63,481 nucleotides of DNA from Craspedostauros australis (taxonomy: Eukaryota): NCBI GenBank assembly GCA_030167865.1, contig JALAGF010006663.1, forward strand, positions 1 through 63,481. Reading direction: 5' to 3'. Of this stretch, positions 35,177-47,700 are shown piece by piece. Every line of letters begins with the position of its first letter. Positions within the stretch are counted from its first letter, which is position 1. Both the position numbers and the translations under genes were made by a program. The notes under the pieces are model-generated. The model did no database searches. It was not told the origin of the DNA and saw only the letters and a program-made list of their open reading frames with translations.

Positions 35177-38100
35177 CTAGAGGTTTGATACGTCAGTCAG
35201 CACGGACACCTCGTCGTCCTCGGCATCACCAATGTCGCCATCGTTCCTACGTTCAAATTCTGTGGGAGGCCTTGGTGATCTGTGCGCATTTTCGCCGTGT
35301 GTCAATGCATCAGTCGGCGTCGTGTGAACCGATCCGCTGTGTGCTGATGCCATTGTCTTTTGGTTTGCATAGATCAAGTTGTAGTGGCTGCGGTAATCAA
35401 ACGTTGGGAGCACCTTGCCTGTGATGGCATTCCGGATGATGCCGGTGCCCGAGTTGATGACCACCATCTTGTTGCCCTGGTCGCCATTATGCCTCACATA
35501 TAGCTTCTCGTTGATGAACTCTCCTCTTTCTTGTTTCAGATGCTCCAGTTTGAGGACAGCACCCCACTGCCTGTAGTACTCGTAGGAGCGAGTGAACATT
35601 TCGATGATGTCACTTTTCCTGCATATCTTTGCGTTGGCCAGCATGTACTCACCTGCCAACTCACACGCCAACGCCGCGTCATGAACGTGTCCGCAGTCAA
35701 TGGAAGACACGATGGCATCCTCATACGCTTGCTTCACCTTGTCCAGTTGCTGTGCTGTCGATGATGCCTTCGTGACTGAGAGCAGCTCCGCTCGAAGCAG
35801 CAACGAGCGGTTGATGCTTGAAAGTCCCTTCTTGCGGCACATCGTTCTGATCATCTTCCTCATCTCCTTCAGCCACTTCATGTACTTCTTCTGCCTTGTT
35901 TGACGGTATAGGGCAGCCGCTGTCAGTCCAGTGCACACGACGCGCTGAACCGCCCTTGCGTAAGAGCTATCGCCAGCCACAGCCTTCTTGTGTCTCGTGA
36001 TGATTGCTTCAGCAATGTCATACTTGTGGAACATGACGCAGAGCTGTAAAAGTACAGTGAAAGCCATCCGAAATTCGAGAACATCGAGCGAGCTGATGTC
36101 GCCAGACTCGCCAAAATCTCTGAACTCTTCCCAATCCACGGCCTCGTGACCCAACAGGACGGATGAAAATCGTATACCTTGCTTGACAAAACCGGTGGCT
36201 GATGAGATCTTGTACAGTCGCATCTGATCGACGAGCTCGGTGTAGGAACGATAGATGTCTTGGAGCGGATAGCCTTCGGCCTGCGCAAGGAAGTTGCATG
36301 TCTGCCAGCATGTCAGCGCATCGCTGAAGGTGCCGCGCTCCATGCTGGAGATGTAGCATGGAATGTAGCCATTTACGAGAGGTCCTATTGGCTCGCTCCA
36401 TGGATGGATATAGAGTGCGCAGAGGATATGTGCAAGCCCTCTGATGGATGGACTCTTCGTCCTGTTCATGATCTTCACCGACAGCCTCCCGAACCGCAAG
36501 GCGCTTTGTTCGTCTCCCAGCTTTCCCATGAAGAGACCGTAGCTTGCGAATGCCAAGCCTACATCCTCCGTGATACCGTGCTTTTTCGACCAAAGAATGA
36601 TGCTGAAGGTGGAAAGAAGCAAATGGAAGGCGTTTTGGCATAGGAAGCTTCGGATGGCTACCTCACGGAGAAAGACGAGGGGGAGGATGTCGGTGGAGTT
36701 GGTCGCGAGGGGTTGGCACATGATCTCTTCATCCGATACTCGCTTCGTGTACCTGCGCACCATCATCATCTTCCTCAGGGCGTGCAGTCCGTACGACCCT
36801 TTGGGGTAGCTGCGCAGCGACTGAGTCACCTTGCGTCCCAATCGGAGGCCTTCCTGCTGCTTGTCTTGAGCTCCCAGGGCTTGGATCATGGAGGCGTAGG
36901 TCGGCAGCTTTTCATTGAGCGTCTTAGCGTGGTCCAACACAGCTTGGCTCAATTCGTATCCCAGCTCGTACCGACCCAGCGCCAACTCGATCCTCGCTCT
37001 GGATGTACACAGCCGAAGGTTGAGCTTGTACTGACGATTCCAAGGTTCACGGATCTTCCTCATGGCAGTAGCCGCCGATCTGTAGTACACCGAGGCCTGC
37101 GCCAGGGCCGCCATGGACAGAGCCAAGTCCCCGGCTTGTAGATTGAGCTTGGCGATGAAGAGATGATCCTTCGTCGGCACGCTGTTCAGATGATCCGCGG
37201 CAACGTACAGCAGCGTCTGATCGATGACTTGGCCGTCCGCGCTTAGCAATGGGTAAGCCTTGCTATTCTCATCGTTGTAATCGTCGTCACCGAGTTCATC
37301 AGCAGAGGTCACATCATCAGTATCCTCGCTTTCATCGATAGTGGAGCGCGTAGATGGACGGCAGTAGTCGAAGAGACACTTGCCGATTCTTGATTTGAGT
37401 TTGCAGCGATCCTCCCCAAACGGGACCGACTCGTATGCTGCCTGCTGGATGCGATCGTGAGCGAAGCAATACGTGCTGCCTCCGGTAAAATTGGTCAGGA
37501 ATCCTTGCAGCACGGCCTCCTCCAGAAGATTCTCGAGCTTCTCCGCGGAGATGATCGGCTCAGCTGTCGCGCACGTGTTGTCCCCGAGAGACATGAATGA
37601 AGCTGGTTGCGCATTGAGGACCATTCGGAGGGTGGATAGGTCGAATGTGGCGCGGATGTAAGCGGCACACGCGAGGGCTGCCTTGAGCTGCGGGGAGAGC
37701 CGACTGAGCTTGTGAGACATGAGCTCGACGATGTTCCTTGCAAAAGGCAAGGCGTAGCTGTCGCTGCCGGCGCTCCGGGCACTGCTGGCGCTGCTTGGAG
37801 GGGCTTTGCTTTGGGGCCAGTGCCATTCCCACTGGAAGGTGATGTGGCTGTACGCAAGAATGTTGCTTTCTTGCAGCTGCTCCACCAGCTGGAGGGTGAA
37901 GAAGATGTTTCCCTCCGCACGTCCGTAGATCCTGGACGTGAACGGTTCCAGATCCTCGACGGTGCGGTTGAGAATGATCGAGAGGCACTCCGCAATCTCC
38001 TGCTTCGTGTGATGAGCCAGCACCAGGTCCGTCCATGGCGAGGATACTTGATGTTTGGAAGCAGACGTCTCGGTCGCGGATTCATGTCGAAGGTTGGAAC

Positions 38101-39532
38101 CCGCTGGCGTGCACAAAGTCTCCATCATCTTCCTGAGAGGGTTGTCGTCGTTCAGATCCAAGAGCTCACCTGGGCTGTGAGGATTGGTGTCCTGGCGAAC
38201 GGCACCGATCATGAGGAAGTACTTCAAATTCTTGTCGCAGAGGAAGGTCGAGATGAGATCGATGCTGACTTGCGAAGACCATTGCAGGTCATCGAGGAAG
38301 AGGATGACCGGTCGTTGCTTCGTCGAGATGGCGTGGAGCAACGTTGTCAAGGTGTACCGCAGTTGATTCCACGCGGCGTCGGCCTTGGCCCCGAGCTGTT
38401 CCACTAGACGCTTCATCTGAGCGGAATCGGGAGCATCACTGGCGGACACCGATGCCACAGATTGGTGCTGTTTGATGTCATCAATCGGGGCACCTTTTGC
38501 TGAAAGTTGCGACGGGTGCTGCTGAGCAGCTGATTCGTCGGTGGCTGAGTTCAACTGGGATTGTGGCACGTTGCTGGTCTTGGCGTTGCCGGAGGAAAGC
38601 AAGGTGTGAATAGCCGGGACCAGCTTGCTGATGACGTTTGCTTGGGAGCCTAGGTGCTTGCGAATGCGGCGTCGGATCCGCTGTCGCTCTGCACTGGAGC
38701 TGTTCCCAACCTGCCGGCAGAAGTCGTTCAGGGCCTGGATGATGGCGGAGAAAGGGTCGCTGTCCTGTATGTGTTCATCGGTCTTGCCTTGGATGAAGTA
38801 AGGAAGCGATGGGATGTCTCCATTGTCTCCATCCTGCGCAGTCTGTGAAGTGTGAGTGTGAGGGCTTGGGCGTGGAGTGTCTTGGGTGGTTCCAGGGTTG
38901 CTACTTGTTCTTTGATCAACGGAAGGCGCTTCGGGCTTGTTGTGGTTGCCGTCACTATTGTCATTGGGCTCCTGTTCCAGATCCTGTTGCAGATCCTGTT
39001 GCAAATCCTTGATGAATTGGTTGATCATCTTCGTCTTTCCGGTTCCGCTGGCTCCTCGCACGAAGACCACAGGGGTGGAGCACGAAGCACCCTCATTTGC
39101 ATTCGTAGATTGGCCGGCGGTTGGAGATGCTGAATTGGTGTAGGCATCATTGTTGTTGCTATTGCTATTGCCGTTCTCTGCCTCGCTACTCCGTTCCAGC
39201 ATGCACTGATATACATTGCGAAGCTTCTTGAGTTCAGCTTGACGTCCCATCAACGGAATGTTGGAGAGGTTGAGTTTGGTCTCGAGCTTGGCGCTGAGTT
39301 CCTCCTCATTGTACCCATCATCGTAGAAGCCCTTGCCTGACGTGAACATCTTTGATATATCCGTTGTGTGTGGTGCATTCCTAGCATCAGTATTAGTAGC
39401 AGTAGTAATAGTACTGGTGCCAGCGCCAATACCAGTGCCAGTGCCAGACCCTGTCTCTGCGAGGACTCGTCCATCTGGGACGGCAGCCATGGTTTCATCC
39501 ATGCTCATTGCAGTTGTCATCGTTTTGCTCAT
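35177..39532 (-). CDS. STAND-class P-loop NTPase (AAA_16-type, related to the ATPase+helical region of bacterial Ser/Thr kinase-ATPase-His kinase hybrids), 1451 aa
   Basis: GRQAELKKL, Walker A GASGTGKT, PFSAI, Walker B ILFLDDLQW, EGNIFF, FAHDRIQQAAY, long TPR-like helical region, WGAVLKLEHL. Single intact ORF. Confidence 0.9.
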   Translation of the reverse strand: MSKTMTTAMSMDETMAAVPDGRVLAETGSGTGTGIGAGTSTITTATNTDARNAPHTTDISKMFTSGKGFYDDGYNEEELSAKLETKLNLSNIPLMGRQAELKKLRNVYQCMLERSSEAENGNSNSNNNDAYTNSASPTAGQSTNANEGASCSTPVVFVRGASGTGKTKMINQFIKDLQQDLQQDLEQEPNDNSDGNHNKPEAPSVDQRTSSNPGTTQDTPRPSPHTHTSQTAQDGDNGDIPSLPYFIQGKTDEHIQDSDPFSAIIQALNDFCRQVGNSSSAERQRIRRRIRKHLGSQANVISKLVPAIHTLLSSGNAKTSNVPQSQLNSATDESAAQQHPSQLSAKGAPIDDIKQHQSVASVSASDAPDSAQMKRLVEQLGAKADAAWNQLRYTLTTLLHAISTKQRPVILFLDDLQWSSQVSIDLISTFLCDKNLKYFLMIGAVRQDTNPHSPGELLDLNDDNPLRKMMETLCTPAGSNLRHESATETSASKHQVSSPWTDLVLAHHTKQEIAECLSIILNRTVEDLEPFTSRIYGRAEGNIFFTLQLVEQLQESNILAYSHITFQWEWHWPQSKAPPSSASSARSAGSDSYALPFARNIVELMSHKLSRLSPQLKAALACAAYIRATFDLSTLRMVLNAQPASFMSLGDNTCATAEPIISAEKLENLLEEAVLQGFLTNFTGGSTYCFAHDRIQQAAYESVPFGEDRCKLKSRIGKCLFDYCRPSTRSTIDESEDTDDVTSADELGDDDYNDENSKAYPLLSADGQVIDQTLLYVAADHLNSVPTKDHLFIAKLNLQAGDLALSMAALAQASVYYRSAATAMRKIREPWNRQYKLNLRLCTSRARIELALGRYELGYELSQAVLDHAKTLNEKLPTYASMIQALGAQDKQQEGLRLGRKVTQSLRSYPKGSYGLHALRKMMMVRRYTKRVSDEEIMCQPLATNSTDILPLVFLREVAIRSFLCQNAFHLLLSTFSIILWSKKHGITEDVGLAFASYGLFMGKLGDEQSALRFGRLSVKIMNRTKSPSIRGLAHILCALYIHPWSEPIGPLVNGYIPCYISSMERGTFSDALTCWQTCNFLAQAEGYPLQDIYRSYTELVDQMRLYKISSATGFVKQGIRFSSVLLGHEAVDWEEFRDFGESGDISSLDVLEFRMAFTVLLQLCVMFHKYDIAEAIITRHKKAVAGDSSYARAVQRVVCTGLTAAALYRQTRQKKYMKWLKEMRKMIRTMCRKKGLSSINRSLLLRAELLSVTKASSTAQQLDKVKQAYEDAIVSSIDCGHVHDAALACELAGEYMLANAKICRKSDIIEMFTRSYEYYRQWGAVLKLEHLKQERGEFINEKLYVRHNGDQGNKMVVINSGTGIIRNAITGKVLPTFDYRSHYNLIYANQKTMASAHSGSVHTTPTDALTHGENAHRSPRPPTEFERRNDGDIGDAEDDEVSVLTDVSNL

Positions 39533-41950
39533 TGGTACTCTAATATTATGTGATGTAATGTTCTGTAAAAGTATATTATGGTCTTGCCTCGGATGTCAGC
39601 AATTGTGCATTGACTGATGGATGCTGTCGCGTTCTTGTTGCTGCTACTATTTTTGTGACGATTGGGTCAGCCTTGGTTGCGGCTTGCGTTTGGAAATGGT
39701 GGCGTGCCAACACGAGCGTTGGTGTTGGTATTTGAGGTGAGTGTTGGTGACCACCTTGGCGTCACCAACACTACCAACTCTGCCTGGGGCGGTTCCAGTC
39801 ATTTCGCCGCGCTCCATCCGCTCCCGGTCACCCCGATCCGTACAAAGACAACTGTGAGAGAGATGAGGTGGTACGACTATAGTAGACGGGCCACTCCCGT
39901 GAGAACTCGTACTCGTAACCGGCCACACCACGCTTATGGGGACACACGATGAATCACGCACAAGGAAGTGCAAGGGCAGAGGGGTCGCTGACGCGCCTCC
40001 CAGCGGATGCCAAAACGGCTCTCCCAAAGGAAGGAACAGTGTCACCCAACATTTCTCGCTGGGCACTTTCGAGACATTTGCGTTCCGCCTGCTGTGTTGG
40101 CCCTGACATCTGCCCATGCGTTCGCTCTTGATCGGACGTGGTTTGCTTTGGTGCCCCCAAAGAGAGGGAGAGAGAGTGATGGTCGTGGTTCGTTTTCGCC
40201 TGGTCGTGATCCATCTCCGTGTAACCTCTGTGATTGTCCTGTACCCAACCAACGCATCTTGTGCCGTCTCGAAATGTTGGTGGCGTCCTGTCGTCGTTTT
40301 GCCCATCGTTGTGGCCCTTGACTGTGTTTTGGAAGAAGGGCAGGGAATAGCATGCCAAACCCGATGTTCACTAACCCCGCCAGTACCTATCTCCAGACCG
40401 ACAGTCATGTGTATTCAACAGGCCACGAAGATGCGAACCCTTTTCGAGTTCGTTGGGAGCGGAGTGCCCGCGTCCTTTCGATTGCGCAAACGGCAACGAA
40501 ACACGCTCGCTGGTTATTGCTTGATGGACAGCTGCGAGTTCGCGTCCGTTTTTCCTCACCCGCCTCTCGTTGCCGCCGCTCGTTTCCTCTTTTCTCAAAG
40601 AGCGGACAAAACAGAGCGAGACAGAGAACTCAATCCACACCAGGCTGATGTTCTTTGGAATGGTGCCATGTTTCGTCGCATCCGCAAACTTCATTTCTCT
40701 GGAGGCCTCTTTTCTTGTCCGGTGGATTGACGGCTGCACCCAGACATCACGCATACCTGTACCCTGGACGGATCGACGCATAGTCGTAACCCAGCGGATT
40801 GATGTGCGCCATTCGACGATCGCGCCAAGAATTTTCGTGTCGTTTTCTGCCCAGGGGTATCATGTGCACTCGTAAACCGCAACATACAAGTAACCGGATG
40901 GATATGCTTGTTCCACAGGCGTGACGGAAGGGGCATTCCATCACGATCGATGAACGAGATCCAGACGTTCTTCCACGTGAAGGGCGTTTGTCGGCACGAA
41001 CAGAAAAGTGTAGGACCCGGGTCAGCGAGTCGACCAACCTTTGGTAACGCAGAGTGGCACTTTTTCTTCGGTTTTAACAGAACTGAGCGCATGGTACTAC
41101 TCCTTATCCCTTTATGACCTAAACGATACAATATATCGGTTAACGTTTTCAGTTTCAGTTATGTTAAATTTTGACGACAACATCTATGTGTACAATATCG
41201 TTTTCTTCACATCTTTTGAAAGCTGTTGAGTTAGGCTTTCTAATGATTATTTTTTAGTTTTATGTTTCTTACTGCCATCCTATCGCCAATCGAGCCTGAA
41301 GTACTCGTGAATTAATTTTGCACCGCGGGACTGGAGTGAAACTGATCAGCAAGGCTCCAATTGTGAGGCTGGCGACATCACATCCGTTTTTTTCACATCA
41401 CACTCGCTGAAACCGCCGTTGCATTTCGCTTTCAGCGATTCCTTCCTTTCCTCTTCCAACGTCGTCGTCTCCTCTCGTGTCCTCTCATGTCATTCTATCT
41501 TCATCGCCTCCTTCCGTCAAGCATACATGGGTGTGGCAACAGCATTGCTTGTGGCTTTCGTTGTTGTCGTGTGTTAGCTTCGCGATGACAACGAAAGCCA
41601 CACCTTCCGCCAATGATGGAACTCACAATTTCATCACACTCACGATCTTATCATCCTCGCATGATCGTCGCACCCATGCTGCCATGGTGACATCACCACA
41701 ACCCACACAGACGCCCACACCAACGCCTATACCAATGCCCACACCCAAGCCACCACCACGCTCTCAATCAGTCAGTCCCCAAAAGCAAGCAGTAGCAGAG
41801 TCCAAACCACAACCAACTTCACGTCCTCTACAATTCTAAGCAGAGAGCATTCTGCCATACAACATTTCTTGCCCCTACATCATATTTATCAATGAGTCTC
41901 CTGTATCACCCACAAACAATGACAGCATCAATCGCACAGCCCATCCACCA

Positions 41951-42661
41951 TGTCAGCAAGTTCCGCTCACGGAAGCCTACAATCGTGGAAGATGGTATTG
42001 GTTGATAGTCGTTCATTTGCTATTTCATTAGTTGGCTACTCCGATCCTCTTGGTGTACGCCCGTTCTCTTGCTCAATGCTCTTGGTGCTTCAATCTGTTT
42101 TGTAGATTCGGTCTCCAACTATGAGTTGGTGAGCGAGATGCTCTCTCGCTACTCTTCGCATTCTCTCGCTCTCTCTGTCTCAGCATTGTGTACTTCGTGC
42201 TACACAATACTCCGTGTTCAATGCGTACTCCACATTCGACACTCCGTTCATTCAGTACTGGCTCCTACTCCATGAGTACTCACCATTTGAAGTTCATCTC
42301 CTGTATCCATGATGCTGATCTTCTTCGGTCATCAGATCTTTGCCTCCTGCTCTGACTTGGAGACAGATGTCGACGTGGTGACACGATGACATCCTGTCAA
42401 CGTCAGTAGGCGTCCTTCTGCTCTCCAGATGTCACGTTCCATTGGTGATGCAGCAGTCTGTCAGATGATATTGTCACCTGAGGTTTAGTTGGGAAGTACC
42501 TCGAGATTCGCTTGGTACCATACGTTTCCATTGATGGATGGACGGACGATTTTCTAATTCTCTCAGAAATCGTCGATTGCAAATTTCCTCCAGAAATCTT
42601 GCCCCTTTTGTGTGTTCCGTTTCCCCTGTAATTCTGACGAATCACAGCATACTATTGACAC
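41951..42661 (+). mobile_element. LTR-like repeat copy 2 (first ~710 bp), inverted relative to copy 1
   Basis: Colinear with the reverse complement of ~32635-33332; starts TGTCAGCAAG versus TGTTGGCAAG in copy 1. Confidence 0.8.
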
Positions 42662-43416
42662 TAATAGTTGAAGTTCATCTAAAGAATGGACTACTTTTCA
42701 CTCAGTGTGTTCCCTGTCGCACCATGAAATTATTTTGGTGCGAAATTCTGGCACGAAACCTCCCACCAACAAATATGGAACAATTCCTCTTTTCCCTCGT
42801 TCTCCCACTTTCACTCATGAATCACCACTGACTCAAATACTACTCGAGTCAATGGGATCAAGGCACCCTGGGAACTATGTGCTCTTCTGAACTCTTGCAA
42901 TGCAGTCAACCTGAATTCCATTGTCAGCTATACAAGCTGACAATTCTGCACAACAATAGCCAAGAGATCTTCCCTGCTTCAATACATGCAGGGAATCCTA
43001 CATCAATTCCCTTGGCCTGACAACCTGTGTTCTTGATCTCAACTTCAATCAAGGTGTCAAGGCTTTGTACTCGAACGTAGAACAACTACGATAAAATAGT
43101 GGAGAAAGAGAGAAAGAGAGGACCCATCTGCCCTCAGCACTGAACCTCTGAAGGTCAGTGCAGAGCCGCACTACTCAACTGACTATCGTTTCTTCATCCT
43201 ACATCTCAAACTGATCAACTCTCAATGCAGACTATTCAAACAACAAATAGCACAACTCAAGATCAGCAACAACAACTCTAATCTATTCCATTGTCATTTA
43301 CTACTAATCACCAGACGGTTGCCCCAAGTTGACGTCACCATCAGATTCCTCGAATCTGGCAGTCAACTAGGCCATCCCTTCCGGATCGTGTCACAACAGC
43401 ACACGAAAATCCAACT

Positions 43417-43613
43417 GAAATCGTCGATTGCAAATTTCCTCCAGAACTTCTGCTCATTTTCGTGTGTTCCATTTCCACTGTAATTCTGACGAATCACAGC
43501 ATACTATCAACACGAATGTAGTTGTACCGTCCAAATGTGTATGAGAGAAGAACGGGTGAACGATGCACACATACACGTACATTTCGACATATACTTACAT
43601 TTACATCTCGACA
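43417..43613 (+). mobile_element. LTR-like repeat copy 3 (last ~200 bp)
   Basis: Matches the reverse complement of 32536-32730 and ends ...ACATCTCGACA; its first ~95 bp duplicate 42566-42661. Confidence 0.8.
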
Positions 43614-44703
43614 ACTCCAGCGCAGAAGACTATGTACACGTGAACTTGGATCTCACTGGAGATCACAGGCAGCAAGGAAACAGGTGGTCCTCCTGATAAG
43701 CCCAAGCCGAAATACAGCCTCAAGAAATTCTTCCACAAAAAAGAAAGAAATCCCTGCACTGGATTCGCTCGCCAACAAAATCAAGGCCAAAACGAACAAG
43801 AACGTGGTGATTCGATACCAGATGGATGGCACAAGGCCACGCGGACACACAGAACTACTCAGGTTCATCCATGAGGAGTTCGCCAGCTGTGGATGGCACC
43901 TACAATTGCAACTGCCAAATTCTCCTATCACGAATGTGAAAGACGATGAAGTATTCCCAGCAATGTCAAAACATGTGTCGGCATATCAAGGTACGAACCA
44001 TGGAAGCCACATGCTTACCACTGATGCATTGTGGAAGGCTTGCAAAACCTGCTGGGAGCAATTCGATCTGGACAAGGTGGCATGTGCGTATGCCCGCCAC
44101 CATCAGATCGCCTACGCGATTTGTGCTGCGGAAGGAGGTGACGAGTTTGTGATGGCGCGCAAAGGGCTGAGCATGAACGTGCGGAAACAAACGTTCACTG
44201 GAACTGATGAGGATGGCAACAAGATCAGTGTTACTGTGTCTCATACGGTCTTCGTGTTGAAGGAGGACGAGGCAACAAATGATACTGCCAAGAAACCAGC
44301 TGCAACAGGCAACAAAGGCAAATCAACTGGCTTCAAATACGCCAAACCCAACATTGAAGGTATGTACGATGATGCGCTGAAGGTGATGGCTATCAGTGGT
44401 CTGCAGTGCCTGAAAACAAACCTGCCAACAACCAGCAGCCTCATTCCGTTGCTGGAGAAGCAAATCGTTGTGACCACCAAAGCCAATGAGGAGGCTGAGC
44501 AACAGAAGAAAGACAAGAAGAAGACACCCAGCAAGAGCAACGCTGACATTAGTGAGCCTCACAACAACAACAACAACAACAACAACAACAGCAGCAAGAC
44601 CAAGGCAGCACCCACTCCAAACTCATTCGGAGTGGCCATTCTAGCAGGCAAGACCGAGCATCACAGCAAAGCAGAGCAGGACAGCAACACAGCAGAGATG
44701 TAG
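43614..44703 (+). mobile_element. Decayed Tc1/mariner-like DDE transposase, C-terminal fragment
   Basis: YQMDGTRP (QxDxAxPH-like) and QLPNSPITNVKDDEVFPAMSK (QPxNSPxxNxxD-like). A separate upstream frame reads PKYSLKKFF, implying a frameshift near 43740. 5' truncated at the LTR-like repeat. Confidence 0.65.
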
Positions 44704-47700
44704 CTGCAAATCAATTTATTAGTCATTTCGTTATTTTGGGTACACCTGTGATTGGAGTGGTGGTGTGCACATCGTCTGCTTGATGGCATGGAGGATTGTG
44801 GTGTGATGTGTGGTGTGTGATTTTTTTGTGATGTGGATGGTTTTTGTTGTGTCACGATTGGTGTGTACAGTGTAGCCATCGCGTTGTGCTGCGGAGGAAG
44901 AGTCGCACGGTGCTGGATAATTTCAATTGCTGTGTTGTGAGTGGTTTTGCATGACGTGGAATCCGCCCCCCTGTGACGTAGAAGACGGATCGGACGGAGA
45001 CAACACGAAATAGTTCTAAGTATACAATCGCCGTTGCTCCCAAAAGCAAGCAAACCAGTGGCAACAAGGGGCCAAAACTCTCCAACTAGCGTTATCGCGC
45101 GACGCATTTTCCGGTATCCGCAGGTCGTACGACTCTCTCTCCAGAAATCGAAGAGTGCGGGAATGAGTGCGAAGCACCGAAGTCCCGCTTCATCTCCACA
45201 GACCGGCGGAGGCAAGACTGAAACCGTGATCAATTGTCAGCACAAATTTTTCCACGCACAAAGCAGATTGGGCAAAGCTGATGCAACCACTAGCTTCGAC
45301 AGCAAGCTGCACATGAGCTGCAGAACAAGATTGCCATGAACTATAGCATTCCATTCTATTGTTTTACACCATTGTGTATTATTACATGTAATCATCATAA
45401 TCAACGTCGACAGATTGATAGCACCACAAGGAACTCTCCTCCAGCACAATGCAACGACGAGCCATGAGTCATCTCGTGTTTCAAGCCAGCTCCCACAGTA
45501 TCATAGTCGTGCGTAGCCGCTGCCACACTCGCCGTCATCCTCGTTGTCCCTTCATCTACTGTGCACCATCGTCAATTACTCTGCCCGACCAATACTCTCG
45601 ACCTGTGATTGCCATTGTGATTGCCATGCCATTGTCGTGTCTGGGCTTTCCCTCCGATTTGCCTCCACTCCACTGCACTCTTTTCCATTCTGGGCTACGT
45701 TCGTTTGGCTTGGTTTTCCCTTCCGTCGACCACCTCAAAGAATACAATAGTTGTTTGTAGCCCACATAGAGTTGTATTTCAATGGGTTGTCGGTCTTACT
45801 GTTCAGGTTAGTTACCTGCGAGCTATCACAGACCGTACATACCCCCGGAAGACGCGCGTTCGGTGGAACTAACCTGTCACAATTCTTTTAATTCCACCGA
45901 AAACGAAAGTGGAATCGAGTTGATCGGTGAGTTGAAAGCGCATTGGGAGATTTGAAATCCTTCGCGGAGGATGAACGTATTTTGGATGCGAGTGGGTGGT
46001 CATTTTCGATTCTCGTTGTTGACTGATCTTGGGAGTGCGGTACTCGCCAGCCACCAGCTCGTTACAACCGCGTGGTTGGCCTTGTTGCGCCGTGGTGTCA
46101 CATGATGTGATGTGTTGTGACGCAATGCGATGTGATGGTCTCACCACAAAATCTCTCACCTCGTTTCGACAAGCATCTGTGTTTCGAGTACCCGATGGTA
46201 CGACCTACTCGACATGCGGTTGTGCTGAGGAAGTGGCAACGATTGTTCACATGATTGGCGGCAACCAAGAGCCACGGCCAATGATGTGCACACACGGACC
46301 ATCGATGACATCGGCGTTGCCCAACGCAACGCTGATGCACACGATTGTGTTCGCGAGGTGATCCTTTCGCTCCAGGTCACAGCTCCAGTACCTGTGCAGC
46401 ACGATCACCTCACTTGGCGAACGGCTCACGCATGGCGTGACCGCGATGTGCGGTACTACGCCGCACTCTGTTGTGCGACGACCTGGAGCAGGAAGTCACA
46501 CTCCGCACCCATGTTCGTACTACCCGACCGAATCAGAAGATCAATTTCGGATCGTCGTCGATCTGGTGATGATTTCCCTTGGTGAGATCACGCCCAAATG
46601 AAGGTTTGGCGCGCACAAAAGCGATCGTACGTGGAAGTGTCTTCATGTTCCTCCTCTCCGCCTTTGTTCGGTTTGCACCCAGAGCCGTCGCCATTGTTGA
46701 GGTCCCCAGTTGCTGCGTCTCTTGCGGAGAGGAGGAACCACCTACACGCATGCGAAGCCGCCTTTGCGTTGACAGAGAACAGTGTCTCCAATACTATGCT
46801 GCGGAAGAGTACTCTGTGGTATGACGAGAGCGCGCCTTGAAGATGGCTGAGGAGGTGGTTGCCCAATTAGTCTTCTGCATCGATCTGCTTTATCATGATC
46901 ACATTTGCTACTCTATCATTGAATCGTTCACTTGCACGTACAGTGATGAGTGCGTGCGAGTAGGAGGAGTATAGGAGGCATCTTGAAGGGCGAGAACGCC
47001 GCCCTTTGTTGTCCTCGCGAGGTTCGCATCTGGAGCAAACAGAGAGGTCGGGACTGAACGATGGATTGTCCTGTCAGAAAAGAGTCAAGATATTCCTTTC
47101 ACTTTCGCCCAGTACGAGAGCATGTCGCGGCGTTGTTGTGCTCTTGGGACCAATTGTCGATGTGGTCACCGATGTGGCGAACTCCATTTAGCCTGGACGA
47201 CAAAACAACGCGTCCATCGTGTATCAGTTCGCGTAAACTTTATCAATGGTCATGAATGTGGCAATAAACGTGTTTCACATGACAACAATGATGATAGCAG
47301 CAAAGTCGACTCAATGATCGAGACATGAAACTGCGGACTTTCGGTGGGCGACAGGACACGCACGCGGAGGTGTTGTTGATTTACGAGGTCATCCACAGGG
47401 AAGGGAAGAATGAGACCAATCACAACCAAAGCGACAAGCAACGAGACAAGGGTGCCCACGTCCTCTGCGCCAACTCAACTTGAACGGGGTCGTACACACA
47501 GAGGACAGCGTGCTGATGCTCGTCGTTCGCACAAGGTGGAGACAAAGAAATGATCAAGAGGAAGACGAAAACGGTGGAGACAGGCACCTCAGGAGAGCGC
47601 ATCAAGCAAAGTCACAAACCAAGGATAGGTCGTAGCTAACCGGCAAAAGGAGCAGATGTAAAAGCTCCACCAAGAGAGGCATCCTGAAACCGCACAGATC

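Noticed and set aside
41095..41300. AT-rich stretch beginning TA-CTCCTTATCCC as the left TIR of the mariner-like element
   Set aside because: No complementary right TIR found downstream of 44703.
42625..42665. Hammerhead ribozyme core (CTGACGA) in the duplicated repeat segment
   Set aside because: No stem II closed directly by GAAA and no matching stems I/III with an NUH site found by eye.
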